A stretch of 64,000 bases of DNA. Source: Syncephalis fuscata S228 (lineage: Eukaryota > Fungi > Zoopagomycota). Both the position numbers and the translations under genes were made by a program. The notes beneath the pieces are model-generated. The model searched no databases and was not told where the DNA came from. It saw only the letters and a program-made list of their open reading frames with translations. The DNA lies in NCBI GenBank assembly GCA_025786725.1, contig JAHLTZ010000027.1, positions 330,703-394,702 on the forward strand. The letters are read 5' to 3'. Shown in pieces: positions 49,998 through 62,649 of the stretch; position 1 is the stretch's first letter, and each line of letters opens with the position of its first letter.

Positions 49998-50024
49998 AAT
50001 AATAATAATAATAATAATAATAAT
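49998..50024. repeat. (AAT)n microsatellite
   Basis: Direct read: ataataataataataataataataata. Confidence 0.9.
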
Positions 50025-50404
50025 AGGTATTAGTAACTAGTAGAAAATGGTAATATAGTATTTACTATTAAAAAACATTAATATATTATTATTAAGTGAA
50101 AAATATTTATTGGCTTTATATTTAACATTGAACTGTGAATGGTCAGTCTAAAAAATAAATGACCATTCATAGAAACTAAGTAAGAACTTTAGTGTTGTGT
50201 GTGCGTGCTTATTTAGATTTAGGTGTCATTACAAAAGTGTTGATACGTCAAGAGTTGTTGTTGTTGTTGTTGAAAAGCAAGTTATTTCCATCAGTCCACT
50301 ACCGTTAAAGCCGGTAGATGAGCGATGAGATTGAACAAAAGAAAGAGAAAAGTAAAACGACAAAGCAGAACAAGAATATAGAAGGAGTTATACAGCATGG
50401 ATCA

Positions 50405-53400
50405 TTATTCATCGGAAAGTTCCAACATTTTAACCTCGCCATGACTATTACCGGCAATCATATTGTTAGTTTTACGGCGCCAGGCCACAGCACTAACAAA
50501 TAACGTTGCATCATTGGATCGAGATTCTTGACCCTGTTAACAACAGTCATTAATATTTCATTGTTATTATTAAATAGTCTATGTAAACTTACCCTTAAAA
50601 TACTGGTGGTGTTAAATGGTGTTACAATGGCTGGTTGAGTTAGTGGTGCAAAATAAGTATAAATGTTATTATCTTCACTCCCACAACTGATCCATTGACC
50701 GTCATGACTAACAGATAGACCGACAAAGTTCTTGTCATTGACATGGCCTTTGTACGTGCGTAGACATTTGCCCGATTCAGAATGACTCCACGATTTGAGT
50801 GAAGCATCGGTTGAAACAGTAATAAATGTATCAGCATCTAAATAGCGAATACAAGAGATGGCTTTTCGGTGACCTTGACACACATAGAGTGGTTCAGAGG
50901 GATATCTCAAGTCGTAACAGTAAGCATAGTGATCTATAATGAATAAATGCATATACATAGGTGGGTGAGTGGTGTTGAATTGTAGTAATAGAGATATCAA
51001 CTTACCTGCACAGCCAAACGTGAGAATGTTGCTATCTTTTGGACTAAATCGCACTGTGCAAATATTGGCTTTACCATAAATGGTCATGGCTGATGTTGCT
51101 TGACTAGTAGACCAGATTTTAACTAATTAAATCGTACATTATTATTAGTATGACTACTATTAGTATGACTGTTTAATAATCACCTTTGGCATCATCACTG
51201 CCACTAGCTAGACGGGTTCTATCGTTGGGTGCATAATCGACTGACCATGCACGGCACTCGTGTTCTTGGTAGGCAGAGACTGGTTTGCCACTACTTGTAT
51301 CCAATATTGTAACAATACCATCATAATCTGCACTGGCCAGCTGAACAGGATTGTAGTGATTCCACGAAACACAGCTAAACACGGTTGAGATACATTTATG
51401 GTCAACACGCTATACTGTACAGCTTATTCTATTCGCCTACCTTATTCGATTGGGACCGGTAATTTCTCGAATGGGCAGTAGATGCGGTGTATCGGTCGTT
51501 GAATCACGAATGATGCCTTCAGATTGTACTTGACGGTGATGTCGCATCCAATCACAGAAACTATTGATTTCAAATAGTTTAATCTTGCGAGTAACACCGG
51601 CCAGTGCAAAGTGTGTATCTTCCACATTGAATTCTATACTGGACACAATGGCTGATGCATTAATGGAATCACCATAGCGCATACGGCCCAGTGAACGCAT
51701 TGTTCTGTTTTGTGATAATGTCTCGATATAAGATGTTATATTAGAAAATGCACCAACGGGCTGAGTGCGGTCAAGTACAGGTTCTATTTATATGATTATA
51801 TAAGTTACTGTGTTTACAAGTGTAATCATTGGCAGATGTAATAAATACATCGCTATATCAATACAGTATAATAATGACAGCTACTTACGATTAGCAACTT
51901 GATTCAAGTATAAATCACCTAATTCAGGATAGAATTGCTCAATACGTCGTCGATGCTGATAACTAATTGTATCGTTGGCATGTGTAGGCGTACTATTAGA
52001 TTAATGTTAACATAAATACTTGTATAGCACCGTGTAGTGTGAGTAACTTACGCTGGTGGATCGATCATTAGTGACTCATCCTAATAATGACTATGGTAAA
52101 TACAACTGCTACTGTGCATTAGTAATTATTACTAACCTGATAGCTGCGTTTAATACTGGCCCATCCACGATCATCACCGTGATGATAGTCGTTCATATCG
52201 ACAACACGGCCCATACGATGACCTGATGTCGGTACATCTGGTACAATGTTGGACATTTGCATATTGGTTGTGTATTGTTGGGCCGAAGAGGCAGCTTGTT
52301 GGATGCCATCCTCCAAATGTGTCAACTGTCTTTGCATTGTGTCCATTTTCTATTTATATTTATATACATGGCTTGTTATTAGTCTATGGCATATCAATGG
52401 TGCCATTTAACTTACCGATTGGAGTGAAATCTTCAATGACTGAAATAGATCGCCTAGTAATTGAAAAGTTTCAGCCTTTCGTTGATCATTCTGTATCTGT
52501 GCCGTATCTAGTGCCCAATCATTTGAATTGACATCTAATCACATATATCGAGTTAATTGATGATTAAAATGTAAATAATATAATAGTCAGCTATGCTATA
52601 TTATATTATTGTTATCAATATTTACCTTGGCTAGTCTCGTGGAGTGAGGCGTCAAGTGCCGAAAGTGGAAATTGCAATGATGAAGGCATTTGTTGTGCTT
52701 GACGTATAAGACGAGCACTTCGAATTACGACATTTACTAAACATCGTTTAATTCAATTCAATTCAATAACTAGTTATATAAATATTAAATTATACCTACG
52801 TTGAATATTATTTTGTAAATCGCTTTTCAAACTAGTACGTTTGCACATTGGACACTTTTGATCGTTGGTTAAATGGCGATGAATACAATTACAACTGCCA
52901 TTACTCATTGTAAGCTACAGTTAGTTAATATTGTACATAACTTACCAGAATGAATGCTGACATGGTAGACTGGTGGCATCTTCCATTAAATTATGGCAAA
53001 TTGGGCTATATTCATCAACAATTACCATATAAGTTACCAATCCTTTGCAGCCTTTGATGCAGAATAAAGATTTAACAACATCTTTTCCACTTACCATTTA
53101 AGTCCTTGGTCTTCTGTCAGTTGTAGAAGGGCCATCATTGCTGGTTCCATACCGCTTAACGAGCTGTTGTTGGGCAAGCGCGATGGATAAGGCATAGCAC
53201 GATTGTTTGTAGCGGGTGTTCTAACCATCGTATTCGATGCCGTGCGCCTTAAACGCTTATTTGGCCGTGCTTCGATAGGCAGCTCACTGTCCCGTTCAAC
53301 CGCTCCCTGTGCTAATAAGCGAGAGACTACCATGTTACTAGTTGTATATTGCGAGTTTGGATGCGAGTTTGGAAATAAAGGATGCTGTGTTGGCGTCTGT

Positions 53401-53597
53401 CTCCTTTGCTGTTCCATAGATGCTGTTCTTATTGCTGTTGCTTGTCTTGCCGATGAAGAAAGTATGCGTTGACCAGAATAATGAGTAATACGTCTCTGCG
53501 ATGCTAAGTCGGGAAAGTCGATTGGATGGGTTGAGTTACTGGTAGCGGCGGTAGTAGTAACCGTCTCGTCAAGTTCAATATTTATAGGTTGACTCAT
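50405..53597 (-). CDS. COP1: COP1/RFWD2-like E3 ubiquitin ligase (RING - coiled coil - WD40); many exons
   Basis: Spliced C3HC4 RING: CPICHNLMEDATSLPCQHSFC..CIHRHL....CPMC. COP1-type WD motifs: IVSSIEFN, AGVTRKIKLFE, LASADYDG, YQEHECRAWSVDY, LASGSDDAKVK, KANICTVRF, YDLR, GHRKAIS, STDASLKSW, GHVNDKNFVGLS, CGSEDN, AGNSHGEVKMLEL. Confidence 0.9.
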
Positions 53598-55014
53598 GGC
53601 AAGCTGAACTAAAAAAAGAAGCTCCTTTTGGTAGCCAAGCAATGAGTTTGCCAAGTATTACACCTCACCCACAAAGTGGTGCCTTATTTGACAAAAAACC
53701 AAGCAGAAATGTTTGTTTAATAAGCACGCACAAATAAAGTAAGAATAGAGTTGGCCAAGTAGAAAGTGTGTTTTAAAAGTGATTAAAGTAGAGGGAAAAC
53801 GCCAAACTTTCAAATGTTGTTATAGATGGTCATAGAGTGGAAGAAAGCGGGTAAAGAGTAGGCTCAACACTGTAGCAATAGAACAATAAAGAATACGAGT
53901 AGTTAAAACGAAAGGAGGCAGCTTAGTGTAGTAAGTGTATTCTTTAGAGCCTAATTCCCCAAAACAAAGAACAGTAAGTGTGTAGGTGTGTGATCACTAT
54001 AGTATACAATTTCAGATTGGCACAATAGTAAACGAACACTGTGTATACTCAGGAACAGCTTTATAAATCAAAGGCGAAGTATATACCGTGTAACGGGCAA
54101 CGCATTTATTTCCAGTATATGCCAAATTCCAAGGAGTGTCTCACATCACCGAGTGCAATCATCCATGCTGCAACGCCCCTAAACGCCTTTGCTTTATTGA
54201 AAAAAATACGTATATAATACAGTGGAGTACAAATCATGGTCAATTATTAATCATTTCTGACAGTTTGAAGCCATGTGAGCATGGTGCTGGCGAATGGCAA
54301 CGCGGCTTTGTAGCACGTACGTATCGATTGCAACGCCGGACCCAGGGAGAACTCCTGTCCGTTTATAATGCACAATGTAAGCGGCACGCACAACGTGTAA
54401 GCCTCTTGCTTGAAACGAGGGCTTACCGGCCTTGCTATCAACGCAACTCAACGTTGTTGCTATATTCTATCAAGGACTATGGCAGCAATATCTTGTTTAT
54501 TGTACAGCACGGCGATTCTAATAATGGATGGACTGTTGTTTTCCATTCCTGGATGGCCAAGAAGTGGGCGAAGCCGTTGCATGGCGAAACTGGCAACGTT
54601 TTGTGGAACAGCGCAAAGTATTCTAGCAAAGAAGTGTAAAAGAACCTGGCCAAAACATTTACCAAACGTAAAAGGATCATGATAAGCAAGTATGCATGGC
54701 AATGTTAATAATAAGAATAGTCTAATAATAGCTTAATAATGTTATTTATCCTCATAACAATAACAACAATAAACAAGTGATACATTGATCCATTATATTT
54801 TATCTGGCCATTGTTTACATAACATTGTCTTTAATACCTTTGCAAAGCAGTGTAATTCACCGAATAGCTAAACGACTACATTGAATTAAAAATAGAATAT
54901 GTTTGTGCCATGATTGAATTTAATAAGCCAATGACCAGATTTGTTTATTTCACCTATTGAAATACAAAACTCGTCTTATTTACAGCAACGCCATCTTACT
55001 AGATGTTATTGCCG

Positions 55015-55869
55015 TTAGATGCGGCCACCTCCGCGACGATTATTAAAGAATGCCTTAACTACATAGACTTGAATAGCCGCCATTGTAACAATGGTGGCAC
55101 TTTCAAAAAACGAAAACCAAAATACTCGGTTTTCAGTGCTTTTAACCGTACTGAAGTTGCGATTTTCACGAGTACGGAAGTATTTCTGGGCGCGTAGCAC
55201 ATGGCCAACGCCTGCGTTCATACGAAAGATGCTTTCATCCATGGCCGATGCTTGTTCGGCGCCCAAAGGATGTGCAACTGGCATTGAAGCTTTGTGCTCT
55301 TCATTTTCAACGGAAATGTCAAAATCAATCAACTTCTGGCCCGACGATACTTGTGAATTATCAAAGCAGAACGAGTATTCGCCCTGGCTATTGCCTGTAA
55401 AGATATAATCACCTTGACGCTTCTTTGAGCCGGTAAATAGAATTCGCGTCGATGGATCGGTTACGGAAAAGTCGATATCAAAATCACCGCCCGTTTGTAC
55501 CTATAACCATCAATTGGTGCGTTTGTTCGTTAGCTAGTTAGTTAACAGTGCTATTGACGCTGCATTTCTGTTATTCGTCGCTTTCGTTTCTTCATCGCGT
55601 GACCATATGACGCAATTGGACCACGCGATGCTTAATAGTGTATTGTCCTTTGTAAGCCACATGATCTCGCGCTATCAAAGGCTGTTCACTCTTAACAATC
55701 TCTCGGCCTGTCTTACCGCAAAATAGAAGGCCACCTTACGACCAGCCTCAGGTACCCAGGTGTAGAAGCACTCATGGGCACCCTGGTTCACCCAGTAGGT
55801 TAATGAGGTGGCCAGTACATTCTGGGCCAGTAGTGCAAGTGATAATAGCAAAGTAAGCGCCTTCATCAT
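55015..55869 (-). CDS. p24/emp24/gp25L (GOLD domain) ER-Golgi cargo receptor; 2 exons
   Basis: Signal peptide, then ECFY, FYFAV|QTGGDFDIDF, GEYSFCFDN, QKYFRTRENRNFSTVKSTENRVFWFS, a TM helix and a KAFF tail. Confidence 0.95.
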
Positions 55870-58005
55870 CGTAGTATAATAGAACAGAGACGAATAAACG
55901 AAGATTGACGAACGAAATGACGATGAAGAGGCGCTGTTGCTGTTGTGGGCCAGTCAGCTTCAACCACGTCGTTGACGAATAATTTTCAAGTTTTTGATTT
56001 GAAAACTGTAAGTTCAATCGACGATTTACGCCTTCAACTATTATCCTTTACACACTACACTCGTTTGTTTAAAGCAGTATACTTAATTCAATAAATTGTA
56101 ATAATAATTGGTTATGGGTTTTGAAAAGCGGTGTGTGTATACAATGTAGATTAATAGAACATATAACTAAACAGTGTTTGGCCAATGGACGGCTATAATA
56201 TCTGATGACGTTGATAGTATTGGTTTAGGATAGATAGTGTGATAATAGAAAGACTGATACAATCCTGTATTGATCATCACTAGGCATACGTCAGGTAAAA
56301 GTACTGATAAGTTGGATTGTATTGTTTAAGCTGTGAAAGAGAATAAATAAAAAATTGTGTTGATTTGTAGAGAGGTATTGTGTATATGATTACTATAGCT
56401 ATTATGGTGGATGTTGTATACATATGATAGTAGCAATGTTAGCTGTATTGCAAGTATGACTGCCAAACTGGATTATCATTCATTACCAATATTAAAACAA
56501 ATAACAAAACATGTATATATAATAGAAAATGTAATTGTGCTAATGCAAATGTTTATTAGCAATAAGATTACATTAAACAATTTCAGCTATTATCCATGAC
56601 CATGACTTTGTTGAAGATATGGAAATATTTTGTCTAATTTTATTTTCCATTTACATCGAATGCATAGATGTAGTTAGTGAGGTGATATAAATGAATGGTA
56701 AGTGAGTGAATACTGATTATAGATTATAATAAGTATATATATATATGACTAGGTAAGCCAAATCAAATTTACAAAAATATAACTAGTAACAAAAAGGCTG
56801 TTTTTATTAATAGAATACAGCTAATAGAACATAAAATAGTATATAATAGAATAAATAATAATGGTAAGGCCGTATTATACACGACTGGATGAGCACGGTG
56901 ACTTAAATTCTATAAAAATACAACCAACCAACGATAAGCAAGCAACTTTCATTGTTAGTATGTGACCAGTGAATCATAGAGTGATGATATACAATGGAAA
57001 GAGAGTGAATGGTAATGTTGAAGTTATAGTATACAGCTAGATGAGTGGGGTAAACGAAATAACTTAAAGTTTGTAGATAATAAGCATAGTAGTAAATAGG
57101 CAACAGTTTTGAATAAAGCAAGGCCAAATAGTTATAAAATGATATACATTATAATGATATAAACAGAACGGTTTTATGCTACCGTCTATCAATTATATAA
57201 CTAACATGAATAAGTCCATTTTTTATTGAAAAAACTTTCATTATTTGAAACAAATATAAAAACGTGTTACGGACAATACAAGTATCTTATCTCTTAATCT
57301 ATAGAACAAGGCGGCTGCAAGAATGGCAGTTGCGCAAAAAGCAAATAATTAAGGCGAAAAGAACAACGACTTATTGTGTGGCAAGTCCGGTTATGCACAA
57401 CAATAAGCATTCCATTTTCTTTATCCAGTTATGCACAGCAACTTAATGCCAGTTATCAGCGCTATTATTAATTGTTTAATAATAGAAAGGTCCGTGGTTA
57501 TCTGCACCATACCATCTGTAATTCAGCTTTACGAGTACATAAAATGTACATACGGTGAATAAGGCAATCGCTATACACTACAATACAGGCTATTCTAATA
57601 CAGGCGTGATGAACGGCCATTACCCACTCATCAGTGAATTTCAAGTTATGCGAGGATGTTTTCAGCTAGACTGTGTCATTGGTTAGATGGTATATTTTTA
57701 GCACAATGGCAGTGTATTACGCTTTTGTCGTTCATTTTTCTTCCTTTGCCTTCCTTTACCCTCTGTGCTTGCCAATACCGGACAGACCGAGGCCAACGAC
57801 TGGTGCACTCCGACCTGTCAAGTTTTATGTGCAGGTATGTACAACCAATGAGCAGCATGGGTGATTGAGCAATGATTTCCAGCATGCGGAATAAAAGCAT
57901 CACGCCTCTACGACAGTTTGCCCACTCTACATCTACCTCTTATCTTTACACACCTCTTAGCTTGCGTAATATCTTTGGCAAGAGTTACTTATACTGTTCT
58001 GTGCA

Positions 58006-58893
58006 ATGTATTTCACTAATACTCTTGCTGTTGTCGCTGTCGCCGTGGGTGCCTCTACTACTGTTAATGCGCTCCCGGCGAGCGTTGATATTTCTGCTGC
58101 TGTCAATACACTAGTTAGCCTTGGCAAAGCTACATTTTATAATCCCGGTATCGGTACCGGCGCCTGTGGCAAGACCCACGGCGATAATGAACATGTTGTT
58201 GCTATCCCTAGATCTTTCTTTACATCTGCTAATCCAAATCTTGATCCAATGTGTAATGCTTGTGCGCGGGTAAAAGGTCCCAAAGGCAGTATTATCGTCA
58301 AAGTAGTCGATATTTGTCCTACCTGTCCAGGAAACACTATTGATCTTAGCCCGGCAGCCTTTTCCCAAATTGGTATACAGGATGAAGGACGCATTAGCGT
58401 CTCTTGGGGCTTATGCTCATGCAGTGAAAGCGCTGAATCTGCTCCTGCTCCTCCTGCCACCACACCTGCCGCTCCGGCTCCAGTAACTCCTGCTCCAGAA
58501 ACTACACCTGCTGCTCCGGCTCCAGTATATACTCCTCCTGCTCCGGTGGTTCCAGCTCCGGCTCCAGTAGTTCCAGCTCCGGCTCCAGTAGTTCCAGTTC
58601 CGGCTCCAGTAGTTCCAGCTCCGGCTCCAGTATATACTCCTGCTCCGGTAGCTCCAGCTCCAGCTCCAGTAGTTCCAGCTCCGGCTCCAGTATATACTCC
58701 TCCTGCACCAGCAGTTCCAGCTCCGGCCGTGCCGGTTCAACCCTCCACCCCTAGTGTTGTCCCGGACTCTTCGATATATACACCACCTACCACACCGGCT
58801 GATACAGGTATAAACAATATTATAAATGCAAAAACTTGTCCTCACTGCCATGCTGTGCGTAGATGCCGTCGCAAAGTCCATACTGCCTACTAA
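58006..58893 (+). CDS. Secreted expansin-like / RlpA-type DPBB protein with a Pro-Ala-Val repeat stalk
   Basis: Signal peptide; GKATFYNPGIGTGACG, NPNLDPMC, VKVVDICPTC, IDLSPAAFSQI, GRISVSW; then PAPAPVV/PAPAPVYTP repeats. Confidence 0.93.
   Translation: MYFTNTLAVVAVAVGASTTVNALPASVDISAAVNTLVSLGKATFYNPGIGTGACGKTHGDNEHVVAIPRSFFTSANPNLDPMCNACARVKGPKGSIIVKVVDICPTCPGNTIDLSPAAFSQIGIQDEGRISVSWGLCSCSESAESAPAPPATTPAAPAPVTPAPETTPAAPAPVYTPPAPVVPAPAPVVPAPAPVVPVPAPVVPAPAPVYTPAPVAPAPAPVVPAPAPVYTPPAPAVPAPAVPVQPSTPSVVPDSSIYTPPTTPADTGINNIINAKTCPHCHAVRRCRRKVHTAY
58441..58735 (+). repeat. Coding minisatellite (~21-27 bp units) encoding PAPAPVV / PAPAPVYTP
   Basis: Repeated ccagctccggctccagtagtt and gctccggctccagtatatactcct units. 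Confidence 0.9.
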
Positions 58894-59594
58894 TCCATAA
58901 ATAAATAATATACTGTTTCTACTTCTGAATGATTTGTTAGCAATATAAAATAAATACTATCCATAAGCATGTTCTAAACAGTAAATATACTTATGCTTCT
59001 GCAAACGCAAGTCATCTATATTATTGTCATTATTTGCATGCCATTGAAGGCCGTTTGCTATAGGATCATTGTATTTAACGGCAGTCGATGCTGATATAAA
59101 ACATATCACTGTCATATAAGAGATTGATGATCATTTATTTGTGTCATTTCACATCATTAAGCAAGTTGTTTTAGCAACAACTTATTAATCATTTAATGTG
59201 ATTTGGAGGCCAAATGACTGCATTTTAATTACATTCGCGCAATTGAACTAAATATTCGTTCTGGTGAAGATGGAACTAGGTGGTGAATAACATCAAAGTT
59301 TTAAATACTTGTTGCTATAGATTGATTATCCGGTATGCATATATTCTCTATTAACCAATGTTGTTAAAAATGTATATCTATACTATTATATAGCATTATA
59401 TGTTTTACTGAATACGTCCTATTTGCTATAAGTTTTAAATAAATAAAGTTTAATAGTTTCATTGAGTTAAGATTTACCAATAGTAGCTCTAAAGCCAAAC
59501 GGACAACGGCAATAGCTAGCACTTAGTTATTAGGCAATAAAATAATATACAATATAATGAACGTACAATAGTGAACGACTATTAGTTGCATTGA

Positions 59595-60030
59595 AATTAT
59601 TGAGCATATATGCATTGGCAGATGAGTGATATTAGTTGATATTTATTATTAATAAAGCTAGAACAAAAATAAAACAGTTTTGGATAGAGGAAGACTAGGA
59701 GATTATAGAATGATATATAAAATGATAAATGTACGGTAAAAAAGCATAAAAAGCGGTGTCAAAGCTACAGTGTGTATAGTGGAATGAGTGGAATGAGCAA
59801 AGTATATTGCCGCGTATAAACAATAAAATGTGTCTAGTGTATCGTAGAATGATACATAGTAGTGTGGGACAGAATGGGAATGATATAGGTAAACGGTGGA
59901 TATATGCATACTGGATAACGAATCTATGATGACGAGTATTTGATGACTGATGTCACTCACCACCCATCATCATGTTCAATAGATTGGACGTTATTAGATG
60001 TTAGTCATTTAACCACCAAATCATAATAAA
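59595..60030 (-). repeat. Dispersed ~430 bp repeat, copy 2 (inverted relative to copy 1)
   Basis: Reverse complement aligns with 44706-45140. Confidence 0.9.
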
Positions 60031-60231
60031 AGTTTATATTTCATTGCCTTGCCGTCATTATATTTTTTTTTAAAAGATATATGACATAGCACACATTTAT
60101 AATATAATTAACAAACAACGGCCTACAACCTCTATATACTATTTCTATTTTCTCACTAATTTATTTGCAATATAAACCAAATATTATCCACAAGCATGCT
60201 CTAGCCAGTAGAACACCTCTACACACTATAT

Positions 60232-61545
60232 CTACGCTTCTTCAAACTCATCGTCATCTTCATCGTCATCACCATCATCTTCTTCGTCATCTATCGCTAA
60301 TGAGCCACTGGCATTGCCGCCACTACTGCCACCAGCTGCTCCGTCCATTTCATCGTCAACCTCATTATCACCTGCTTGTGCCTCAGGATTCATTGTACCA
60401 TCGTTTGAACTGGTCAGCTTATGGTATTCCTCCTTAAGTCGGTACATAGAATGATATTTGCCTTTCTTAACCAAATAGCAAATATCTGCCAGCACTTCTT
60501 TAAGATAGGCCTAATAATATGGCGGTCAATTTTCGTTGTATGCCGCTCCACTGTATGCTTACCTGGGGCTGGTTAGTAAACTTCATAATACCCTTTAGAT
60601 TCCAATATTGATACTTTTCAAACGCTGAAAATAGCAGCGTAATAAGGTTCTCGCGCGGCATACGTGTAGCCTTGGAAGTTGGGCTCTTGCGTGTCTTTTT
60701 CTTTATAGCATATAATTAGTACCACCTCTAATAAAGGAATACTTTAACGTACTCGCTGTAAAAAGTCATTATCTGTTGTGGCAATATGTGTCGGTGCAAT
60801 AAACACAGGCCGTGCATTATCATCAAGAAACTGTGTGCGTTTAGTTGGAATAGTCTGACTATGATTTCGCTTCTGCTGTAGTCTAAAGTAGCGTGGATCT
60901 GCAATATTCTTAACAGAAATGCTGCATTCATGATGTACAGTGCCGGTAATAGCTTTGGCCTCTATTACGCATATGAATTACCATGAGTGCGGATCAAAGT
61001 GACTATGCACTATACCCACCTCCTTCTTCGTCCTCCTCAAATACATAGGTATTCTTAACCGATTTGTCACGAACAGTAAGTCGATATTCTGTTGGCAAAT
61101 CCTGTACATCTGGCGTATCGTCGAGAATAAGCGTAATCTATAGCCATAATAATAATATTTTAGTTCATTAAACATACAAGTACTTAGTAGTACCTACACC
61201 ATCGCGGTCATTAGGACCTGCACTATTTAGTGTAATATACTATTAGTTTAATGAATATATCGCCATATTGCCAAATACTTACGCATGATTGATACGAATA
61301 CGTCCAAGATCTACATTCTCCTCATTGATTTCTGACCATCTTTCGGCCAAGAAAGCTGGCATCTTGTAAAAGGCGCGTCGTTACTTACTGGCTATCTCTC
61401 TGCCATTATTTCTACTTACCTTGACGAGCCAGACTTTGGTATCTGCCCGTGTCATATCAAGGTCGAATTCAAACGCTTCGTCATCTTCAAAGGCTGACTC
61501 TTGGCTAGCAGCCAGTAATAAATCTCGGTCATTTACAGAATCCAT
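60232..61545 (-). CDS. TFG2: Transcription initiation factor TFIIF beta subunit (RAP30/Tfg2); multi-exon
   Basis: Motifs: TKVWLVK|MPAFLAERW, ITGTVHHEC, KATRMPRENLITLLFSAFEKYQYWNLKGI, TNQPQAYLKEVL..I, MYRLKEEY; acidic tail. Confidence 0.92.
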
Positions 61546-61792
61546 GCTAAACAAGTCTTTATATTCTTGTGGCACACACACGCCAATGACGTCTAGGGAC
61601 AACAAGAGCTTGTATATAGACGAAGAAAGTTAATGAATACGCAGAACGTCTGTGATGCAAGAAAAGTCGAACTGTCAAATCAAATGCCAAAATAATTATT
61701 TTAGCCACCAATCTTTTTCTTTATTTTTCAATTATTTAAGATTCTTTTTTTGCATCTTTACTGCAGGATTTTAGCAGTATATATGCAACAAC

Positions 61793-62649
61793 ATGACGAG
61801 TAACAATCTTGATAACCTCTTAGATTGTGCGTTGGCCAGTTTGAAGATTCGTGGGCCGAAGCCTTTGCAAGTATTAACAATGAGTGTATTTATACTATCT
61901 AACGTTGTTTAACAGAACACCAAGCTCAACAACACCCGATTCGTCTTTACGTAAAAAGTAAGCAAAATTAAACTACTATTTCTAACTCCAGATGTTAATG
62001 CAACTTTATTGGTGTTTATTGATTTTGTAATAGTTTACCAAAGCTCCAAACGGGTATTGATGCCGATTCGCTCTATCTAAAGGCAAACAGCCAACAGCTG
62101 AAAACAAGCGTAGCACTTGCCGATGAAGTGTCTAATGTAAAATCAAAAAATACAGATGGAGAAGCGCTTGTTCAGTTAACACCGGCACAGATGGAGGATC
62201 AGCGCAAGCCAAATCAACAGGAAAAGCGCAAGGTAACTACCGTTTATGTAATATAATGGTTTATTAATATATTATCGATTGATTAGCAACGAGAAAATAC
62301 ATCTGGAAAGTCATGGTTTGACATGCCCAAAGCAAAGATTACACCAGAACTCGAACGCGACTGGCAAATTATTCAAATGCGTAACGTATTAGATCCAAAA
62401 CGCCACTACCGTAAGGATAAGCGAAAGGCACCACCAACCTATTGCCAAGTAGGCACGGTCATTGAGGGAGCCGCTGAATTCTACTCGTCACGTATGACAA
62501 GACGAGAACGCAAACAAACCATACTGGAAGAGTTTCTACACGATACTAATCGGCGAGAATACTTCCGCGATCGTTATCGCGACTTTCAAAATGAACGAGC
62601 TAAAGGTACTCGCGCATGGCGTAAAGCGCAACGTAACAGTCGCAAATAG
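61793..62649 (+). CDS. FCF2: Fcf2 pre-rRNA processing protein; multi-exon, head-to-head with TFG2 (~250 bp between start codons)
   Basis: Motif: TSGKSWFDMPKAKITPELERDWQIIQMRNVLDPKRHYRK...QVGTVIEGAAEFYSSRMTRRERKQTILEE. Confidence 0.92.

Noticed and set aside
1-53597. Apparent 'ubiquitin cluster' (CUL1, F-box/LRR, BTB-Kelch, COP1)
   Set aside because: The genes are spread over >50 kb, belong to large families and relate to different cullin systems. Co-occurrence is plausibly chance.
58417-58881. Antisense repetitive ORFs (WSRSWNY..., EPELELL...)
   Set aside because: They are shadows of the Pro/Ala coding minisatellite on the + strand.
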